The notes beneath the pieces were generated by a model, which searched no databases, was not told where the DNA came from, and saw only the letters and a program-made list of their open reading frames with translations. Shown piece by piece: positions 11,401 to 26,400 of a DNA stretch of 64,000 nucleotides (the stretch's first letter is position 1; each line of letters starts with the position of its first letter). Position numbers and translations under genes: made by a program. The stretch comes from Phoronis australis (taxonomy: Eukaryota; Animalia; Phoronida), in NCBI GenBank assembly GCA_002633005.1, contig NMRA01000244.1, positions 382,547-446,546 on the forward strand, read 5' to 3'.

Positions 11401-14400
11401 ATTTGGCTGTCCAAAATTTCAGACATTGTCTCATAGACAAGCTGAATTTATTTTTAATGTAAATAATAGGCTCCACCATCAGTTTTTTTTTTCGTCCACA
11501 AGAAACAAAAGTTCCCTACAATGAGTTTATAAGCAAGATTCATGCTGCAGTTTCTTAATTACAATCACTCAATCAATGATAACAGTGTGTAATTATAACA
11601 ATGTAATTACAGTGTAATTATGAAATAAAAAAAGATTTTGACAATAAAAGGCATGATCTTGAGCCACTGGTAAAACTCAAAACGTAGAAAATCTTCATAA
11701 AATTTTAACCAAAAACAGGTTAATTCAACTGTAAAGGACATTATGAACGATAAAACAGATCAGAATGCTTCTGTTTTGAAAAACAGAAAGTCACCATTAT
11801 GTTTTTATAGATACCTTGGGCAAGAAATTGGAAGAATTCATACCAACTGAAAATTTAATACAGTTTGCACAGACTTAGGTGAAATTATACTAAATAATAG
11901 AGAAAGCAGCAGAATTTGCTTTAATGCTCTCTTGAGACAAATCACACGAATAATGTATAGTTCACCTGTCCCCAGGTGTTTAATTATTAACTGTTATTCT
12001 GTTGATATTGGTTACGCAGGTATACCCAAGTCATGACACGAACATTCCCGTTCATTACTTCTTTACTGTAGTACAAAGAGTCTGTCAAAGAAATTTACTA
12101 TTACATCTAAAGTATAGGCTGAAAGGAGATTTTTGAAGAACACCTTTGAAAAGTTACCGAAAGTGAAAAGTTTAAATTTATCTGAATAAAACACACTTGT
12201 CAAACACTAGTAAGCATTCAATTTTTAAAAAAATATACAATATTCAAACTTAACAGTACCATTGAAGCCAAAATTTAACAGACAAAAGTAGCATTCACTT
12301 GCTACTAGTGGTTTCAATCAATGAATAAGAACACCAAACCAAGATGGCATCCATGTACGATGGACTAAAACTTGTAAGACGTATTACAGATGGGTCGCAA
12401 GAACAAAACATTGCTATGGCTGAAATAATTATACAACACTTAAAATGTACTGAAGTGCTTGTAAGAGCCCTGTGATAACTCCCATTGCATATACAATGTA
12501 TGTTCAACGAATACCAAAACACAACTACTAGTCTTTTACTTAAAGTGCTAAAAAACACAAAACTAAACCGTAAGGGTAATTTCCAATGGGAGAAATGTAC
12601 TCTGGTTGTAAATAAGTTTTTTACAAAATTGTACAATATTCTTCAATTTTGTTAATAAGCTAAACGGAAAAGTTTCAATCAAATAATGTAAACTTAAGAC
12701 ATATTTTTGAGTCCCATCTCATTCTATGTATTAGCTTCACAGTTTCAACGAAAACTTGTAAATTTTATCAGACCTTTCCTCATTTAACTTTGAATTCTTA
12801 CACTAAGACTGAAATGATTCCTACACAGCTTATTTCGCAGGTTGTCTACGCAGCATGACATATGTGGTCAGTTTACATACAACTTCAAGACCACCCTGTC
12901 AATCCAGTGTACACAGAATCAGCAAGTCTTGACCATCAAGTTAATTTCACCACCAGATAAAAGAAAAATCTACAGCTAACAGCAAATTGAAAATAATGAA
13001 GGTATGAATTCAAGTGAACTGTTTATAATTAAAGTTGACGGTCTTTGCATCATTCACAAAGTGTATAAACACGAGTAACCTACCTAGGACTGTGTCCAAA
13101 AGCCCTCTGAATAAACTTCCTTGCGGTAACCAATGGTAACCACCAAACATAGTTTCACTTATTAATATATGATGACAATAATTTCCTTTACCGAATCCTG
13201 TCATGCAAGATTTCCATGAATATTTAAGAGACCCCAGTCCCTGAGTAACGCCAGAATTTCACAGTTGAAAGTAATCATTCCCAGAACACCACACTTACCA
13301 TGATTTTGCTCAAGGCCGTATTACCAATGAATTCATATGCACCTCAATATTGCAGAGTTCGTTAAAAATGATACGACATTCACTGTTGGATAACTCATCT
13401 CAGAGGCACTACAGTCGAGTTATACTAAGAACAGGCTTTTAACAAAAAACACAGAAGAGCAAGAAAACAAATTAGTGCAAAAGTTTTCAAAATAAAGACA
13501 TACTGTTAAAGCTTAGAGCAACGTCAACATGCAAAGTGTAGAGAGGTGAGAGCCTGTTAGTACCTTGTGTGTGACCAGGTGGGTGGTCATGTGATGCCAG
13601 TGGTTTTACATCATGGCCTCCAACTGAACCCTTTAACTGGCTATCTTTCCACTTAGAAGTGTTTGGTAGATTTGTGTCTTGGTCACCAGTCTTTATTGAA
13701 GTACACAATCCGGACCTCATCAATGATCCCGTGTTTACGCCATCGTCACCAGCAATGTGAGCCCCAATGGCATGACTTTCATTATTGCAGTCACCAACAA
13801 TGCTTTTAGAAGGGAGATTGGATTGCACATCAGATGGTGGGTCAACAATGGCCCCTGAAACTCCTGATGGTGAATCCACAACCACGACCGACACCCCTGA
13901 TGGATGGTGCCCGTTCTGCGAGGTCACCTCTGAAGACATATTTACTCCACTGTCTGTCACAGTCCTCCCACTAGGGTCGCTTTGGTGAGACAGAACACAC
14001 GTGTTAGGTTTGCCATCAACAATGCCTGGTTCAACAACTGATGACGATTGTCCAATTGCCTCCTCCCCCATTTTGTCACATCCGTCTGCTTCACCTGCCC
14101 CATGTGACCTCACGTCATAAGCACTCTCCACATAGCCAGACCGACATGAGTATGAAGAACTGCTAGAATGTATATCCTCCTCACCAGATTCAACACGTTC
14201 AGACAATAATGAATCCCCCTTCAGCTGGCTTGTCCTAGTATCACAACCACTTGCTACAACACATTCACCCTCAGAAGTTAGCTGCTTCTCATCAATGTTC
14301 TTTGACTTCCCATAATCACAGACTTTTTTAACCCTCCTTCCACCCATCAGGGGATCAGTGGTTTCCTCAAAATGCCTGTCTTTGGTTACAACCTTCTCCA

Positions 14401-17400
14401 CCCCACCCGTTGATTTACTTTTTCCACACTTTAAGTCGACATTGCCATCATTTGCCACTGCTCTTTGAGCTGCACGTGAATTGGAATTTGTCTGTGAATT
14501 TCTTGCCAAACTGTTGTGGGAGGCGACAAGTCTTGGTGATGGTCTAAGTGGTGTACATCCCGTGAGGCTGCTGTTCGCAGCGGTGGTGGTTTCAGGGTTG
14601 ATTGAGGGGTACATAGCATGTGGCTCATTATCACCTGGGTGAGACAAATGGTGACAACGTCGAGTGTCATACAAGCAGGCTGTGATGAACCATATCAAGC
14701 ATCACACAACAGTTAAGACAATTTATTACAATGTCTATACAATAATGTATAAGTTGTAAGTCATGGTACACATAGGACAGTGCAATAACATAAATCCCAA
14801 GGACAACACATTCTCTGCTTGGCACACAAAGAAAACCTCATTCAGTAAATGAAATCAAGATTGCTGCAGTTTCAATTAAAAAGTGATCGTCTGTCACCTC
14901 TCAAAAAGATGGCAATGAATATATTTTGAGACGAAATCTTGAGAAATTTAAATTAACAAATGAATATAAAGTCAAATGTCTGGGGGCGTTTTGGCAAACT
15001 GAAGTGCTTGACCCCATTCCTTATCAATAGTTTTAAAAGTTGTGAAAATGACTACAACATGACACTGCCCCCTCCCTCACTGCCCCCTCCCTCACTGCCC
15101 CTCTCCCTAAGTGAAATAGAAGCACACGTCAAGCAGACAACACTGTCATTACCTTGGTCCACACCTGGCATCATCCCTGATCCTTCACTGACTTCAATGT
15201 ATTCACAGTAGAGGTCCTCCTGACCCAACCGTGCTTCCACAGGGGGCAGCACTATATCTGCTGTTTCCAAGGGTAACACTACCTCAAGTTCATTAGACAT
15301 CTTTGGTTTACCACCTCCTGTAACCATAGTTTAATTGCTATATTGATATCTTGAAAGGGTTTGAACATGATGAAACAGAACAGCGTACACTCATAAATTA
15401 CCACACTTTGATAGCTGTTGGTCACCATTAAAGTAACCTTTGACATGGACCACTTGCAATCATGAAAATAGTTTCAAATGGCCCCATAGTCAAATTGCAG
15501 TACTGGGTTTCCAAAGAGCTCATTGCTCGTTATTCCTTGATAGAAGGTTCTACAAGTCGACTTGTCATGGCATGTCATTGTATATACTGAGTATTGTCTC
15601 AAAGTATTACGAACGTCAACCCAGAAATCGCTTTTCATGTGAGACAGGAACACCTGGAGACCAATTTTATTGGTGATAAGTGGTCTAACTTAAATCAAGA
15701 GTTCACTTCTTGAAGAGAACATGGGATTGGAGGCACTAGAAGTCACATTTTGTTTATTTCCAATAATGCATAGTCACCCAAAGTTCTACAACTACCAACA
15801 GTAGCTCATCAGAACTCCACCTAGTGAGAGAACAATACACTAACAAAATCTCAATACCATACTTCCTTCAAACTCATATCTTGAAGCCTGGAAACTCTTA
15901 AAATCTTGATCAAGCTGCTTGAAAGCCTACCTACCATTTCCTGGTAATGCCATGACAACAAACTTGTATGGGATGTGTAGCTGACAGCCTTCAATAACCA
16001 CTTTACACCTGTTGGTGTCCTCATCTGGTAACACCTACAGAAACATCAAGAACATAATTATCAACAAGCGTGTTAGTAACGAGTGTTGAACACCAGTAAC
16101 CAGAGTTCATATCAGGTGTTCATCATTAGTAATCAAGATTAGAAACAGGTGTTTGTCAATAGTAATCAGTGTTAGTAACAGCAGCTGCTGTCCATCATTA
16201 CTATTCATAGTGACAGGTGTTTGTAATTAGTAATCAGTGTTAGCTAATTATTACTAATCGGTGTTTATCATTACTAATCATAGTAACAGGTGTTTGCAAT
16301 TAGTAATCAGTGTTAGTAACAGGTGCTAATCATTACTAATCAGTGTTAGTAACAGCTGTCCATCATTACTTATCATAGTAACAGGTGTTTGTAATTAGTA
16401 ATCAGTGTTAGTAATAACAGGTGCTAATCATTACTAATCGGTGTTAGTAACAGCTGTTCATCATTATCAATCATAGTAACAGGTGCTTGTAATTAGTAGT
16501 CAGTAGCAGGTGCTAATGATTACTAATCAGTGTTAGTAACAGACTAAACAACACATTCAATGATTACCTTGCTGCCACACTGTTGACCATTTAGGTACAA
16601 GACGTATCCAGAGATTGGCTGGACTTGAGTGGACACTGACGTCCAGACTATGGAGAGAGCATCTGGTTCATCTGTTGTCTCCAGGGAGATGACAGGCCCT
16701 CCAGTCTCCGTGGTAGCTGGACACTTCATAAGCTGTAGCACAGCAACATTGGGTTGACTATGAAGCAGCATTGACTGAACTGTGCATGACTGAGGTCCCA
16801 GGAAACTTGATTTAAAACTTCAACCATCACGAGGGAAATTGAACTTAAAATTAACCAGGGCAAATTTTATTAACTAGATTCAGCTTATCTGCAAAAATGA
16901 ACAGTCTAAATAGTGCAAAGTCTATGTAAAGCATGTAGAAAACACTATGACCTAAGCGCGCTTAAGTTTTAATTGATAAAAAATTAAAAATATAACGAAT
17001 ATTCCATATTCAAAGGCTTGACAAATAAAACTATCAGAAGATTGAACATTTGGCTAAAGTAAGTGTACTCACGCTACATTATCTCACTAATTCAGGATGC
17101 AATACAGGAGATGAAAAATTCTATTTTCTATTTTTCCCCATAAAACATAATACAAGTTTTGAACTGCATCTGCCATAACACAATATCAGTGAAATTGTGG
17201 ACAACCTCAACAAAGTTATGCAAAATTGCCGAAGAATTATATTGTACATGATGATTCTTACCAGGTTATTTGACTTGTGTGGAAGAAACATTGGATCGAA
17301 GGAGAAGACTTGGAGCTGAGTGTCATAGGAGGCGCCACCAGCAAGGCCAGCTACAAACACACTATTGTGATGTGCAGGAAACATGGCGCAGTATGATACA

Positions 17401-20400
17401 TTGTTGAATGTGATCTGGAGAGACAGAGAATGAACCGAGTAGTCTTGGAATATAGCAAGATAAACTGGATCGATGCTGCCAAGTGTTTGTGCAAATCTTT
17501 AGGAGTTGAGTGCAAAATGGCCAATTCTTAAAAATTACAAATAAATAAAATCTCACAAATCCGTTTCCTAATCTCCTTTCTATACACACAGTACCCTCCG
17601 TTCTGTAAGGTGACTACACAAGCAGAGGATGCTTTCATGTTTAACATAGAAACAAGTGCGTCATCATTCTGATTCATTATACAATCACTAAGTATTAAAC
17701 TTCCCACTTATATAACCTCATCCTAATATACCAAGGTGCTATGTCTGACTCCAGAATATTTACCCACAATGCAGCACACCAGTAGGAACTTGTCCCACTG
17801 TTTATTTTGATATTCGTCACTCCAATTATAATAGTCTAGTTTTACTGCAACACAGCGAGTTGCACAGCTGACACAAAAAAGACAAGCCCGGCAATGCATG
17901 ATCTATCATGATTCTGTACTAGCCAGGTTCTGCTCAGGCTAAAACTTTAAAGAAATTTGGTCAATCAAAATATGCGTTTTTCAATTTAAGCGGATGAAGA
18001 GAGTTGAATTCGTGTGAAGAGGGTTGATGAATTGCCTTCCCAGGTGGTTTGGTCCACAGGGCAATGAACAAGTCTTCTCACATATCGACAGTTTCTACTT
18101 TTCAAAAAGAACATCTGATCCACAGCGACAAATGCCAACTGACTTGACAGTAAACTTCTATTACCTGATAACCCTTTATGAGATCTAATGCATTTTCTGG
18201 CGGGAACTCCCAAAATATTTCCATACAACCAGACCCAGTAAAGAATCCTCTAATTGTAGGTACACAAGAGAACCACCGGAGTTGTAAGGCCTGGAACGGA
18301 GAAATGAGAAACTAAAAGTAATGAAGAAACAGTTGAAGATGTAGAGTATTAATTTTAAATTATTTCATGATTTACCACTGACAGATTCAGTTTTACCCAT
18401 CATGCAGTGCATTAGTGTGATTAGATAATTCATTCATAATTTGGTAAAAAATAAACTTAATATATCAAGAAATAACACCAAATGGATGCATTTTGGAAAA
18501 ATGGCTTTACAGTGTAATTAGTATTGATCTGTCATTATACAATTCCTCTGGTAGAAACAATGATCCCAGTACACCTGATGTTGCAGGGGGGTCACCCTTA
18601 ACAATGATCACTATGCCTGATATTGGGTACCCTTTAACAATGATCAGTATACCTTATAATACCTGGGGGTGACTCTTAACAGTGACCACTTTACCTGATC
18701 TTGCTTGGGTAACTCAACTTGTTGCTCGCCTTCTTCAGAATGTACCGACTGAGTGTCATTGGACAGAACCCAGAAACGACTGAAAAAAGTCAAACAAACA
18801 AATTGAATGAAGATGGTTCCACATTAAGTCCGACATCTTTTTACAGGCCTGTATTGCACAGTGCATCAGTGTCAGATTACAAATAAATGTGTGCACCCTG
18901 ACAAGTCACGCAAGACGACTGTCACATCTCCACATTTGTCAGAAGCTTCTTGTATGTCATGTTCCAAATAGCATCCACATAAAACTAGTGGTAAGTGCGT
19001 GAAGTGCAACCAGAACAACAACCTTACTCAGGCGTGGTGTCTATAACTAACTGTATTCACACAGAGACACTTAATAACCCTCTGTCACAGTCTGCTCTAC
19101 TTACGTGGATGTGAACACATCACAATTCTAAGCCATGTCATATCTACAGATTCAGTACCCACACCCCCCAGTCTGTCCCCTCGGTCACAGTCCGCTCTAC
19201 TTACTTAGAGGTGAACACATCGCTGTTCTCAGACATCTCGCTCACAGCCATTGCTCGTATAAAGCACAGACCAGACTTGTTCAACACAATCCCTTTATCA
19301 TCAGTATACACCTGGAATGATACAAATAGCACCAAGTAACAACAACGATTTATGCAAAATACTATAATTATTAATGTAATAATTTACAATGAGGGTAGCC
19401 CCATCAGTTCACAGTGCTTTCCATGGGGGCCCTCAGTAAAAACATACAGACAGTAAGACAAACTAACAGCATTACTAATTAAAATGAAAGACAAATATAT
19501 TTAAATAATCAGCAAAGAATAAGAAATTAACATGGAAAGACCGAAGAAACAAAATAAAAAAAAATATTATATTAAAACAGAAGATAATAAGAGTAAGACA
19601 AGATGATTAACTAAAATATAAAAATAAATATTTAATGAAACAGACAATAAATTAAATGTTTAATAAAAGTAAGACATATCAAATATACACACACACATAT
19701 ACACATGCACGCTTATACAACACATACATAAGTACATTACATGCACACCAGCTCCCAGAATAATCTGGGCAGCCCTGGATAACCTGCAGTGGATGGTTTA
19801 CATATCCTTGTCTGATGTAACGCCCCACACCGGGAGGCAATAATCCAGGTGAGGTTGAATGATAGCATTGAAAAGGGGTTTCAGTATTGCTCTGTTAACA
19901 AATTTACTGATGCGTTTCAATACACCAATTTTCTTAGACATCTTTTTCGAGATATAATCAACGTGGTGAGAGAATTTAAGATTTTGATCATATATTAGTC
20001 CCACATATATAATGGAAGTCACGTTCTCAATTAGACTTCCATCCATATTCAATGAAAGGGTTTGGTTTCTAAGTCTTTGGGACGTGCCAAACAGAAGAGT
20101 TTAGTTATGAACACATTTAAGGATAATTTATTGGATACAAGCCAATCTGAAATAACAGCTGAGATAGGTCTGGATTTCAGAGGAGGTTCTGCCTGCGGAT
20201 AGTATCTTAGAATTTTGGATTACTGAGGGGAGATCAATGACAAAGATGCAAAATAGCAAGGGCCCCAGAATTGACCCCTGTGGGACACCTGTTTTAACAG
20301 ATTTGAGATCATAGATATCTTTGCCGACACGGAAATATGCGTTCTGCTACCAATGCTGAAACCATTTGGTTTCGACATCGGCGACCCCATGGACTTTAAG

Positions 20401-23400
20401 CTCCTTTAACAAGATAGTATGATCGACTGTGTCAAATACCTTCTTCAGATCAATAAATACAGCACTAGTCAATAATCCTTGATCCATATTTGTATAAATA
20501 TGGTCAGTGACATCAATGTTAGTAGTAAACTCTACAAAAATTCTTTTGCAAAAGTCAAGTACACATCACACAATATAACTTTATTCTCCAATAATTGCAT
20601 GTTCCAGCAGATTTAATAAGTGTGTATTCCGTCATCTGAATAATAACATTTATTGTATGACCGTAAGATGTCTTGCAGTTTTGATATTTATGGATCTGTG
20701 GGGGATCTGAGTGCCACTTTAAAGGTGTGTTGAAGTGTTGAGTCGTCACTTTTACGTTCAAAGCAATCATATCTACATAGGTTTACCTTAAATTTGTAAA
20801 GAGGTTATCGACTGTCATGCTGAAGTATAAATAATAATAACGTTTTATGTTTATTGTATATTGCTCATATCTTTGTAAATGGTCTTCCATTGGTGAATAT
20901 AATTAATGAGATGCATGACTGTGCAAGGTTACTTTACCTGGTCCAGTAATGTACAGGAATTGAATTAATATCTTCAGTATTTTCGGATTTTCTCTTTGCA
21001 GTTTGCCTACTGATGCAAATGCAAGATTAGAGCGATCCCACATTTTTCTACGTGACGAAATCTACCATGATGGTGTACAAGTTTTCTCGTTATCGACTGG
21101 CACAACACAGAATAATAACGCGGACCAGTTCACATACCTTAACTGAAGTCCCGTGTAACTCTGGCAGAGTTCCATCCACTGTATAATATATTTTAGAGTC
21201 GCCACCATCACAGTCCAAGCGGACTACACAGTTCTTGTCCACAGTTCCACCTTTCTCCTCAGAGCAGATGAATGGTGTGGGCGTTTTAGGAGCTGTGAAC
21301 AGAAAATATATCAAGCATATTAGACGACAAGAGCACACAAGGACCGTGTACCTCTCATCTTCATTTCTCAACTAATCCCTGAACAAAACGGGACAAGTGG
21401 AGTCTGAATGACAAAGGGCAAAGAGAGATCATGATATTGTAATGTGTTCACTGTTCTGTGACTGACTTTTTTGTCTGGGGATTACGTACAAGAGCAGGCT
21501 ATTAGTGATAACAGTCTGAATATAGCAGTATGTACACACTGAGCTCTTAATACTCTAAGACTTACAGTTATGTAGGAACTTATTGACACGTCTACCAAAG
21601 GATTTAAATATCTACAAAACTGTTATGTTCACGGTTGTTAAAGTATAATATTTTATGAAAGTGGAAAGAGTGTAGAATTTGATTTACGACTTTTAATAAT
21701 TCAACAAAAAGAAACATTTAAAGTACATTGATAGCAAAAGAACAGTATCACTAATCGTGATCAAATTTTATGTGATATGTTCAAGGTGAGATCTAAAAAC
21801 CACTGCTTCAGATTTCTAAAATATCATTTTGTTGTTTTATGCAACTATAACTTTTCTCCAAAAAATCACATTGCACCTAAGGCAAAAGTAAAATATTTTG
21901 GAAACAATTCCTAATACAGGGCTTGGAATGACCCATGACAAAAAAGAGGAAATTTTTACGGCCCTAAATACACATTTTAATGTTAACCATACCTCAACAG
22001 ATCGAAAGTTACTGTGTCGTGTTAGCAAAATGCACTCATCTTAAGCAGTACCTGACATCTATTTCAGCAACAACAATGGAGGCAATTAGATGCAACAAAA
22101 GTTATTTTTTTAAACTAAAATAATAAAGATAATGATGAAAATTTGCAGTCTGAGTGGCAGGAGATTATTCTTGATTTGCTGCAGGTAGACCTATAAAATT
22201 ATTTTCAATTCTTATAATTACGATACAAAATTACAAAAAAAATGAAAATAGATCTAATTAATATCTAGAAAGCCTGAAATACATTATTACACATTTAATT
22301 CCAACAAAAAATTTAATTCCAACGCAAATGGAAAAAGTTAAGACGAAAACCTGTGGCTCACACCCCAAATCTTAGCATGGAAAAATAAAAGCCAAAAACA
22401 ACATAATTTAAACTATAGAATGCATCAATCACAATCCTAAGTTGGCCAAGCTTTTCAGTTTCAAAGACTAATTACAGGAGTTAATTGTTCATAAGCGACG
22501 CTGGTGTAGAAGAAACTAGTATGTGACATAAGAAATAAATACCAGAACACTGAAAATCACAATATGTGATGTCTATGATGATGAAAATAGTCTGGCAGAA
22601 TTTGTAAACAATGGCTTAGAGCAATCAGATCATTCAGAAACTGTCACGTGATCACTTCTCTCGAACTGCAAAACTGGAGTCACAAAATAGAACACGAAAA
22701 ATGTCAAAATAAGTTGAAGTACACAAAAGGCAATTTAAAACGCATTGCAGTAATGAAAATAGCATTTTGCATCCCGTTTCAGCGGCACATAGAAAATCGC
22801 ACTCAGGCAGTCAGGCCTCGCTTAGCAGCCAACGGCAACGGGCGTGCATGTGGTATCAAACAAAAAAATTTCATACATCACTCACGTCCCACAATTCCAA
22901 TCCAACGAACAACCAGTTACGGTTGAATTTCTTTTCAGGAAGCGTTATTTCTAGTGTTTCATCGTTTTCAGTCGGTCCTCCGACTCCAACTTAGTCCAAG
23001 GCGACTCGCCCACGCACTGCGTAATTGTTCCTCTCTTAAAGTTCATAGAGCACAAAAATTGACTTATGTTGTTTGAGAAGACATTGACAGTTTCTTTTAT
23101 CCACTTTTTCCACGAAATAGTCTCTACTCCACGGTCCCCGAATTTTTGACTGCAGAATAGCACTATTTGTCGCCGCAATTTTATACCAAATGCAGACGCC
23201 ATTGATGAACCACGTTACCCCAGGCACAGGCACTTGAATTTATCTGTTACTCGATTGCCTCTGACGTCACTCACTACTAAGAAAGCATGTTTCTTATATA
23301 TGGTTACGAGTCATCGGGAAATTCGAGTGCCTGTGATCCGCAATACAATTTTCCTTCCTCCGAAACATAAAGAGCAATTTCCGCTTTTCGAGTCGTCGGT

Positions 23401-26400
23401 AATGCTGCAGTGAGAAACCACTTTGTCTTGATAATTTTATGGCAAATCCGATTTTTCCGCGGAAGCATAATGAAAATACGCGGAGGGAAGAAAAAAGCGG
23501 AAATCGGCGTTTCCGTGGAAAATTCCAAGCCTTGCTAATAGGCTTTTGAAGAAGGGTACATAAAGCACAATATTTGAAAATTTCATAGGAATCCGATCGG
23601 ACATTTCTGTGATGTGATGCTCTGAAATAAGCCAAATTTGGACATTACAAAAAACTAATACAACTCAATTATGAAGTGCTTTATGAATCAAAGGTGAAAA
23701 TAAACAAAATGATAATCTATTAAACAAACAATAAGCCCAACATTAAACATAAATTCTGAAAGTATCCTTTTGCAATTTTAACACAGCCATAAGCAAGTTG
23801 AGACAGCTACCACATGTACAAGGCTGTGCGTGTGAATATTACTCACGATCTGACAGTACAATCACGACTCCAGCATACCCTGGCGCCCCCTGGGAGGCTA
23901 CACCAAAAACGCCCACCTCGTCAAAAGTGTAGAGGAAGCTGTTCTGAGGCACAGGTTTTCCACTGTTGAAAGAGAGGCTACCTTCAACCACGCTGAGGGG
24001 TGCCTTGATTGGTGGAAAAAAATCACGTCATTCAATAAACCAATGATTATTGAGAATGCAATATAGTAATTAAGTGAACAAGGAACAGCATAACAATTAA
24101 TATTAACATTTGTTTTGACGGCAAATCTAAATACTAAACAACCAGCATATACAGTAAAAACATGTTAAAATACTGTAATAATCATGAAGCAACGGAAACT
24201 TGAATAGTGAAAAGAAAAGACGCACCTCATGGTCAGGGGGGTTGACATGAATGATGTTATGTGCCTCTTGGCAGTCCTTCCAAGTCCACAGAATAGTCTG
24301 GTTCTACAATATACATAGGACAGTTACTTCACTTTTATGGAGGTTCACAGCAATCCCAGTAAAGGATATATGAGAATATTGACAAAACGGCTATTAACAA
24401 AGACAAACATTGCATAATGCCGTCATAATTTGTTAGGACTCTTCATGATTTTAATGGCATTCTGACAACAGATGGCGTGAACTGTACATAAATTGGATCA
24501 GCTCCTCAGGATCAGGTCATCAACATGAATGAGAAAATAGTTGCCTTAATACGTTCAGCTACATTTCATGACACTCTCTAACCAGCACGCCATCTGGTGG
24601 TCATGTTATGGTCAATACAAGGTGTTTCCAGATAGATCAATCAACTGACAAGTATTTTGGGCACGGTGATGGAATTTTCATCATATTGTAATGAACTCAG
24701 CCCGTCAAGTGCATTAATTGTAATGTCCACAACACACACAAGATGGCACCACAGACATCAATATTCAGATTCAAATACTAAATGCAGTTGCTGGGTCTAC
24801 TGGACCTCTCATCAGAACATAACCTGCAGTCACAGCTTACTTGACCTACAATAATCACTCACTTAGTGAACCCGACATTTTCCTATTACCGGGATTTCCC
24901 GTAGAAAACCCCATGGGCATGTATTTAGAAAATGAAAATTTTCAGGCATTTTAATAACACCAAATAAATGCCCAGGCGTTTATTCGAAAATGGGGAGCAT
25001 GTAAACTGAAAGTAGTGGTTCTGGATATGCCAACGAGAGCGTGAAGCGCGATGTAAGTGAAACAGACCTTTTTGGTGGAATGGTAGTCCTTAAAAAGACT
25101 GCTGTGAATGTGATCATTCCTGTTAACAGCGTTAGTTGCATAACAGCCTATCAATGTTTGCAATATCTGTACAACAAGACAAGAAAATTAATGTGCATGA
25201 CTTTTCCAGACCTCCCTGTGGGCTTTTGAGAGGAAATCTTCCGAATAAGTGCCCCACTATCTGGACACTTGACACCAGAAGTTGTAACACCACATAAACG
25301 CCCATGGCATAATTTTCTAAATAAACAACCATGGGCGTTTTATCGGATGGGCTTATCTACGGAAAATCCCGGTATAGGCCTTCTCAGAGTAGAAGCCAGT
25401 TTTAAGTCCATTTGTAACAGTGTCACTGAACTTAAGATAGCATTACCTCACACCTTCATATTAGAAAGAAATTTAAAAATGGGTGCAACTACGTAGATTT
25501 TCATGCTCAACGTTTCGCTTTAATCGCTAAAACATTATCAAGACAATAAACAAAATGTAAACTCAACATTGTCAAACACTAAACTAACTGAACAAAACAC
25601 GAGCATACCCAAACACAGCAAACTAACATGATAAATATAAGCCTTCTCGCAGTAGGGACTAACTGAGTTCAGCTTCAACAATCAGTCGTATTCATACTAC
25701 ATCAACTCACCAGACGCAAGATTTCATCAATGTTTAGTCACCACCAGGACAATACCAGTCACTTCAAAACGTCAATGAAATCTTGCGTCTGACTGATCCA
25801 CAACTTGTGACCAAAAGTCAAATGAATGTCATCAAAATGATCCAAGCTACGTCAAATTAGACTGAACAACACATTGCCAACGAACTTGTCTTCCTAATAA
25901 GACAGAAGAGATTCGTATCACACTTGACTAATCAACAACACCAACTCAACAACACCAACTCACCAACACCAACTCACCAACACCAACTCACCATTCTAAT
26001 GTGAACTTTCTCAGGATGGAAGCCAGTTGAGTCAACTCGTATGACGAGACTGTCATTGAGTTCATCCACTATTACACTACTCAGTTTGTTCTCTGGTATC
26101 TTCTTTGTCTTCACGTCCTTCTTCAATTGTTTACTGAAGGATTTGCTGGTAAAATGGTATACTCCTTTTTCTACCACCGCCCGATTCATGCATCGCCTAA
26201 CAATGATACAACACAATGACAATTTGATGGATACTCGAAATGAAATGGACTCTAAAGGCCAAGTGTCATGCGTTTGTTTTCTTAACTGTCAGCATAGACT
26301 TTCAATTATAGTACATGGACCGCCAACTCTGTATATTTTCAATGGACGAAATCTATGATCTTACGCGCAAGCCGTGATGTCATTATTCATCGGAGACACT

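Noticed and set aside
13298-13435. Strong GTAAGT donor at 13297 suggesting another gene A exon
   Set aside because: Stops in all usable frames; the flanking exons join in phase without it.
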